Source: Eledone cirrhosa (lineage: Eukaryota). Taken from it: a stretch of DNA of 64,000 bases. The stretch lies in contig OZ024743.1 in NCBI GenBank assembly GCA_964016885.1, forward strand, positions 168,578,001-168,642,000. Reading direction: 5' to 3'. The position numbers were made by a program, and so were the translations under genes. Below, piece by piece: positions 55,633 through 64,000 of the stretch. Each line of letters begins with the position of its first letter. The stretch's first letter is position 1. The notes below the pieces were generated by a model that did no database searches, had not been told where the DNA came from, and saw nothing but the letters and a program-made list of their open reading frames with translations.

Positions 55633-55754
55633 ATTTCGGCTTGTAAACATAAATTGCATAAAACTTTCCTGTATTACATCCCCACATTATACCTTAACGG
55701 ATAGTACGAACAATATGCGGATAATTTACGTCTCGATGCGGTAGCTAAGTATAT

Positions 55755-55755
<1 letters not shown>
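55633..55755 (+). mobile_element. Internal fragment of family M PLE in (TA)n
   Basis: Matches 21205-21325. Confidence 0.8.
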
Positions 55756-55805
<50 letters not shown>

Positions 55806-55814
55806 CATATATAA

Positions 55815-55849
<35 letters not shown>

Positions 55850-55850
55850 T

Positions 55851-56206
55851 TAGAAATTGAGGTTTTTTTTTACAAAATGAAAAATAACCGAGGTGTCCTA
55901 CACGAGTGGAAGTATAAAGAAAAAGGGATGAAATCGAAAATGCAACTGAAGTCTTATTTTTTTTAAAAATATATATATTTATTTGGTTCCTTTACCGGTT
56001 TCGCAGTTCTTCTGCTTTTCAAAAGGTGATTTGAGATGGAGGGTCTGTGGTTTTTCTCACATGTGAGAAAAACCACAGACCCTCAATCTCAACTCACCTT
56101 TTGAAAAGCAGAAGAACTGCGAAACCGGTAAAGGAACCAAATAAATATATATATTTTAAAAAAAAATAAGACTTCAGTTGCATTTTAGATTTGATCCCTT
56201 TTTCTT

Positions 56207-56210
<4 letters not shown>
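55851..56210 (-). mobile_element. Family I loop-less fold-back
   Basis: Centre ctcacatgtgag at 56056-56067; ~148-bp arms; tail 55851-55912. Confidence 0.85.
56097..56134 (+). ncRNA. Minimal hammerhead ribozyme, U3-A8 variant (mirror copy 55989-56026, -)
   Basis: cctt TTGAAAA gcag-aagaa-ctgc GAAA ccgg TA aagg. Confidence 0.7.
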
Positions 56211-56287
<77 letters not shown>

Positions 56288-56330
56288 TCATCGATTAATC
56301 AATGAACCTTGTTTAACTTTTGGTTATAAA

Positions 56331-57335
<1,005 letters not shown>

Positions 57336-57661
57336 GTAACTTTGAAGAATTATTAGATAAAATATATACAGTATTTCCTCTCACTAGTCCGTAGAAATCA
57401 ACCACATAAATAATCATTTAAGTTTAAAATGTAACTATGAAGAAATAATAGACAAATGATACAGATTATCTTCCACGAAGGACAGCCAGATAAAATTTAC
57501 CTAGTTATTCCTTTTAGCCCGTAGAAATTGACTAGACAAATAATCAACTACACTGAGTTAGGTATAAAAATAGAAGTTAGAAGAAAAAATGCATATAAAC
57601 TTTACCAAAATTCCTCTAGTCTCGACTACCGGCAGTTTCGTACCTTTTCTACGGATATATC

Positions 57662-60263
<2,602 letters not shown>

Positions 60264-60546
60264 TTCAAGAGTAACCAATCTTAAAGAGAGAGATGGAGAT
60301 AGGAGAGGAGATAGGAGAGGCGAGATTGGTGAATTAGTTAGAAGCCAAAGTGTAAAGGCATGTGCTCAATGTGCAATATGCAGTGGAAAGCAGCTAGGTG
60401 TCTGGGTTCATGAAGAAGTTAGGCGCTCAGAGCTGGAAATATTCATTAGGTAAACAAAACAAGACCACAAATTTCACAAGCAAGACATTATTAAAAGATT
60501 GTCAACATATTTTAATTTGATGTAAGTAATGTAGAGAATAATAATT

Positions 60547-60725
60547 GTTTCTACTTTAGGCACAAGGCCAGCAATTACCCAGTGCATTACTGGTACTTTA
60601 TTTTATCTACCCCGTAAGGATGAAAGGCAAAGTCAACCTCGGCGGGATTTGAACTCAGATCGTAAAGGGACGTAACTATGCTGGAAAGCATGGCGTCCGA
60701 CCCTCTCCCGATACTGTCAATCCAC
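60547..60725 (-). mobile_element. SINE with 10-bp TSD aataataatt
   Basis: TSD at 60537-60546 and 60726-60735. Confidence 0.88.
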
Positions 60726-60751
60726 AATAATAATTAATAATAATAATGGCC

Positions 60752-60870
60752 GTTTACAATTGTTTCGCTACTCCATATCATATTTCTGGATCAAATGACT
60801 ATATATCATTATTGATCTGGTTCAGTTGAAAATAATTAACATATTTAAAGACAGAGTGGCTCATCGGAAC
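60752..60870 (-). ncRNA. Hammerhead ribozyme with an ~80-nt stem II extension, next to a fold-back at 60882-60962
   Basis: Reverse complement: gtt CCGATGA gccactc..gagtagc GAAA caattg TA aac. Confidence 0.6.
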
Positions 60871-60959
60871 TTCAAAGGAATATAAATTAAAATAAGGAAA
60901 GAATGTTACATAATGTAATGTTCCATATATTGGTATGTAACATTCTTTATTTTAATTTA

Positions 60960-61046
<87 letters not shown>

Positions 61047-61051
<5 letters not shown>

Positions 61052-61345
61052 TAGCTTAGAGTTTAGACTCAGAGAGGTCATTTACAATCATTTCAGCTCT
61101 AGGAATTGCTTCTGAGCAGTATAAATTAATATTTGATGAACATTTACATGTTATAGTTGCAATTGACTAATAAGATCGCTACAGTGAAAAATCTTAATTC
61201 AACAACATAAGGTCTGCCTGTACGATCTAGAAAATAATAAATCAATACTCACAGACTCATATGGGCAAAAAGCCTTAAGATTTTTCACTCTAGCGATCTT
61301 ATTAGTCAATTGCAACTATAACATGTAAATGTTCATCAAATATTA

Positions 61346-61352
<7 letters not shown>
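61047..61352 (-). mobile_element. Family Q fold-back with tail
   Basis: Arms 61120-61197 and 61275-61352; tail 61047-61119; flanked by (TA)n. Confidence 0.7.
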
Positions 61353-61438
<86 letters not shown>

Positions 61439-61595
61439 AATATATATATATAAATGTATATGTATATATATTGTTATACTTCGAGCGGGTCATATTGTTG
61501 TGATAATATTGCCAGAAATAATAACAGAACACACTCACTGTTTGGTTGGTTTTCGCTTCTGTATTGTTTATATCTCCATAGTTAATTTATTTGGC

Positions 61596-61690
61596 AAGGT
61601 TAACTTTGCCTTTCATCCTTACGGGGTCGATAAAATAAAGTACCAGTAATGTACTGGGTAATTGCTGGCCTTGTGACAAAAGAAGAAACA

Positions 61691-61735
<45 letters not shown>
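61596..61735 (+). mobile_element. 5'-truncated SINE with (ATT)n tail
   Basis: SINE consensus 3' half followed by (tta)n. Confidence 0.85.
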
Positions 61736-61818
61736 GTTGTTATTCCTTGAATCTCAGTCATTGATGTTGGTTAACTGGAAAGTCCGTTGGATTGAATATC
61801 AAGCCAATACCTGCAGCC

Positions 61819-64000
61819 TCAGATATTCAGGACGTATCGGAGGGTTCTTGCTGTTCCAAGCAAGCATGCCTTTTGGAGCGTTCCAAAAAGCGTGAAGGGG
61901 CCGATTTTCTTTAACCATCCCTGGAAACTTTTGGAGATAGTCCCCAGTGCGCCTATGACAATCGGGATCACTTTGACTTCATGGCAGTTCCAAATCCTTT
62001 TCACCTCCCACTTTAGGTCCTGGTATCGGTTAATTTTCTCCCTCTCCTTCTCTTGCACTCTCGTGTCGAACGGGCAGGCCACATCCACAATCAGACACGA
62101 TCTTTTTTCCTTGTCCACAACCACCATGTCAGGTCTATTGTGTTCCAGTTTCTTGTCCGTCTGTATCCTAAAATCCCACAGCACCTTCACCTGATTGTTC
62201 TCCATCACCGCCTCTGGCCTATGCTCATACCATTTCTCAGAATGTGGTAAATTGTTTACTTTGCACAGGTGCCAGTGGATCACCCTGCCCATCACATCGT
62301 GTCTCCAGCCCTTATAGTGGGTCTGGGCTAGGTGTTTACACTCGGACACAATGTGAGCCACAGTCTCCTCTCTCTCTCCACAGATCCTGCACAGTGGGCT
62401 AGCCTCCTCCTTGTAAATATGGTGCTTCAACCACTTCGTTTTGAGGGTCTGCTCCTGCGCAGCCATTAGCATTCCTTCTGTACCCTTTTTGAGGTCTCCT
62501 CTTCTCAACCAGTTCCATGTCTGTGGATCTCTAAGTTCAGTTTTCTCAAAGAAGGTACTATGAAGGGATTTTCCCTTAAGGCTGCTCTTCCTCCTTGATG
62601 TTATTTCCACCTTGGACATCCCCTGGCCTACTGTCCCCTCCTTCAGTACAGTTCTGAGCATTGGCTCCTTACTATAGGTCACGTATTTGTATAGGTTGTT
62701 TTTCTCCATCTGAACACAGTCCTCTATGCTGATAAGACCTCTTCCACCCTCAGATCTCCTTATGTAGAGTCTATCGACATCACTCCTCTTGTGGAACATG
62801 TTGTAGATAGTCAATAGCTTCCTAGTCTTCCTATCCATTTCTTTTTGTTCAGCAACATTCCATCTCAGAATTCCCGCACTGTACCTAATAATAGACACAG
62901 CTCGGGAATTTACTGCGCTTATGGCATTTCTGCTGTTCAGATGTGACTTCAATACGCTCCTTACTCTCCGAATGTATTCAGTTCTTAACAATTCCTTCAT
63001 TTTTTTGTTCTTTATGCCATCAGCCTCCAGAACGCCCAAATACTTGTATCCTTCCTCAGAGTCAAATTCCTTTATCATTTCACCTGTTGGTATCAGGATC
63101 CCGTTACTTCTGCTCAACCTACGCCTCCTCATCACAATGACTCCACATTTACCAATACCAAACTGCATACATATATCATTGCTGAAAATACGGACAGTGT
63201 CAACAAGCACATCCAACTCCTTCTCACTTTTCCCGAAGAGCTTAAGATCGTCCATGAAGAGGAGGTGATTGATGGTAAGCTCTCCCCTTCCCAACTTGTA
63301 TCCTGCTCTCACTTTTCGCAGCATAATGGTCAAGGGCATCAGGGCAAGGACAAACAACAGAGGGGACAGGCTATCTCCCTGGAAGATACCTCTCTTGATC
63401 TTCACGCTTCCCAAGGATACTCCACTTGATGTCAACTCTGTCTCCCAGGACCCCATACTCCTGCCTAGCAATTGTCTGATGTTGTCTGCCACCCTGAAGA
63501 TCTCCAGGCTTTTGGTGATCCAAGAATGAGGCACCATGTCAAATGCCTTTCTGTAGTCTATCCATCCCATGGCAAGATCAGTGTGTCTCCTCCTGCAATT
63601 CCCCATTACCATCTTATCAATAAGTAACTGGTCCTTTGTACCACGTGACTTCTTTCGGCATCCTTTCTGTTCGTCCGGTAACAAGTTGTTTGTGTGGAGG
63701 TGATGGTAGATTTCCTCAGACACAATGCTCGTCAACAGTTTCCACATTACGGACAGACATGTGATAGGTCTATAGTTGGTAACATCATTACCCTTGATTC
63801 GGTCTTTCATTATCAGAACTGTGGTACCTTTTGTCAACCACTCTGGCACCTCACCCGACACCAAGCAGTCATTGAACATGGCCGTCAGCTTCGGGTGGAG
63901 GGATGTTAAATGTTTAATCCAATACCCCTGCACACCATCTGGGCCTGGTGATTTCCAGTTGGTTAGTTTTTTGGCCTGCCCCTTAAGAGTTTCAACTGTG
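61819..64000 (-). CDS. R4/Dong-clade LINE protein: RT + CCHC finger + restriction-like endonuclease
   Basis: NYRPITCL, GIFQGDSLSP, LLFMDD, CRICG..ETVAHIVSEC, RHD, RPDMVVVD..VDVACP; the frame continues to the window edge (KSPGPDGV). Confidence 0.92.
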   Translation of the reverse strand, partial: TVETLKGQAKKLTNWKSPGPDGVQGYWIKHLTSLHPKLTAMFNDCLVSGEVPEWLTKGTTVLIMKDRIKGNDVTNYRPITCLSVMWKLLTSIVSEEIYHHLHTNNLLPDEQKGCRKKSRGTKDQLLIDKMVMGNCRRRHTDLAMGWIDYRKAFDMVPHSWITKSLEIFRVADNIRQLLGRSMGSWETELTSSGVSLGSVKIKRGIFQGDSLSPLLFVLALMPLTIMLRKVRAGYKLGRGELTINHLLFMDDLKLFGKSEKELDVLVDTVRIFSNDICMQFGIGKCGVIVMRRRRLSRSNGILIPTGEMIKEFDSEEGYKYLGVLEADGIKNKKMKELLRTEYIRRVRSVLKSHLNSRNAISAVNSRAVSIIRYSAGILRWNVAEQKEMDRKTRKLLTIYNMFHKRSDVDRLYIRRSEGGRGLISIEDCVQMEKNNLYKYVTYSKEPMLRTVLKEGTVGQGMSKVEITSRRKSSLKGKSLHSTFFEKTELRDPQTWNWLRRGDLKKGTEGMLMAAQEQTLKTKWLKHHIYKEEASPLCRICGEREETVAHIVSECKHLAQTHYKGWRHDVMGRVIHWHLCKVNNLPHSEKWYEHRPEAVMENNQVKVLWDFRIQTDKKLEHNRPDMVVVDKEKRSCLIVDVACPFDTRVQEKEREKINRYQDLKWEVKRIWNCHEVKVIPIVIGALGTISKSFQGWLKKIGPFTLFGTLQKACLLGTARTLRYVLNI

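Overview
AT-rich animal (eukaryotic) genomic DNA with no supportable host gene. The SINE sequences resemble those I recall from Octopus, but that assignment is an inference. The window is a nest of retroelements set in long (TA)n microsatellites. It holds many Penelope-like elements (PLEs: RT plus C-terminal GIY-YIG) from at least a dozen distinguishable families, two R4/Dong-type RLE LINEs (one with a frame open to the window edge), and one each of RTE, CR1/L2-group and Tx1/L1 LINEs. There are also about 15 tRNA-derived SINE copies, Helitron-like non-autonomous elements and a MITE. The main signal is a shared PLE architecture, from 100-bp relics to 4.6-kb copies: an outward-facing inverted pair inside (TA)n, in which one arm keeps the full 3' terminus and the other stops at an internal TA/TATA microhomology. 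Most families carry a type I hammerhead ribozyme (HHR) with a palindromic, dimer-type stem III about 130-215 nt upstream of the 3' end, including U3-A8, U4C and extended-stem-II variants. The many IY/YI-rich ORFs are microsatellite artefacts. All coordinates were read by eye and element boundaries are approximate.
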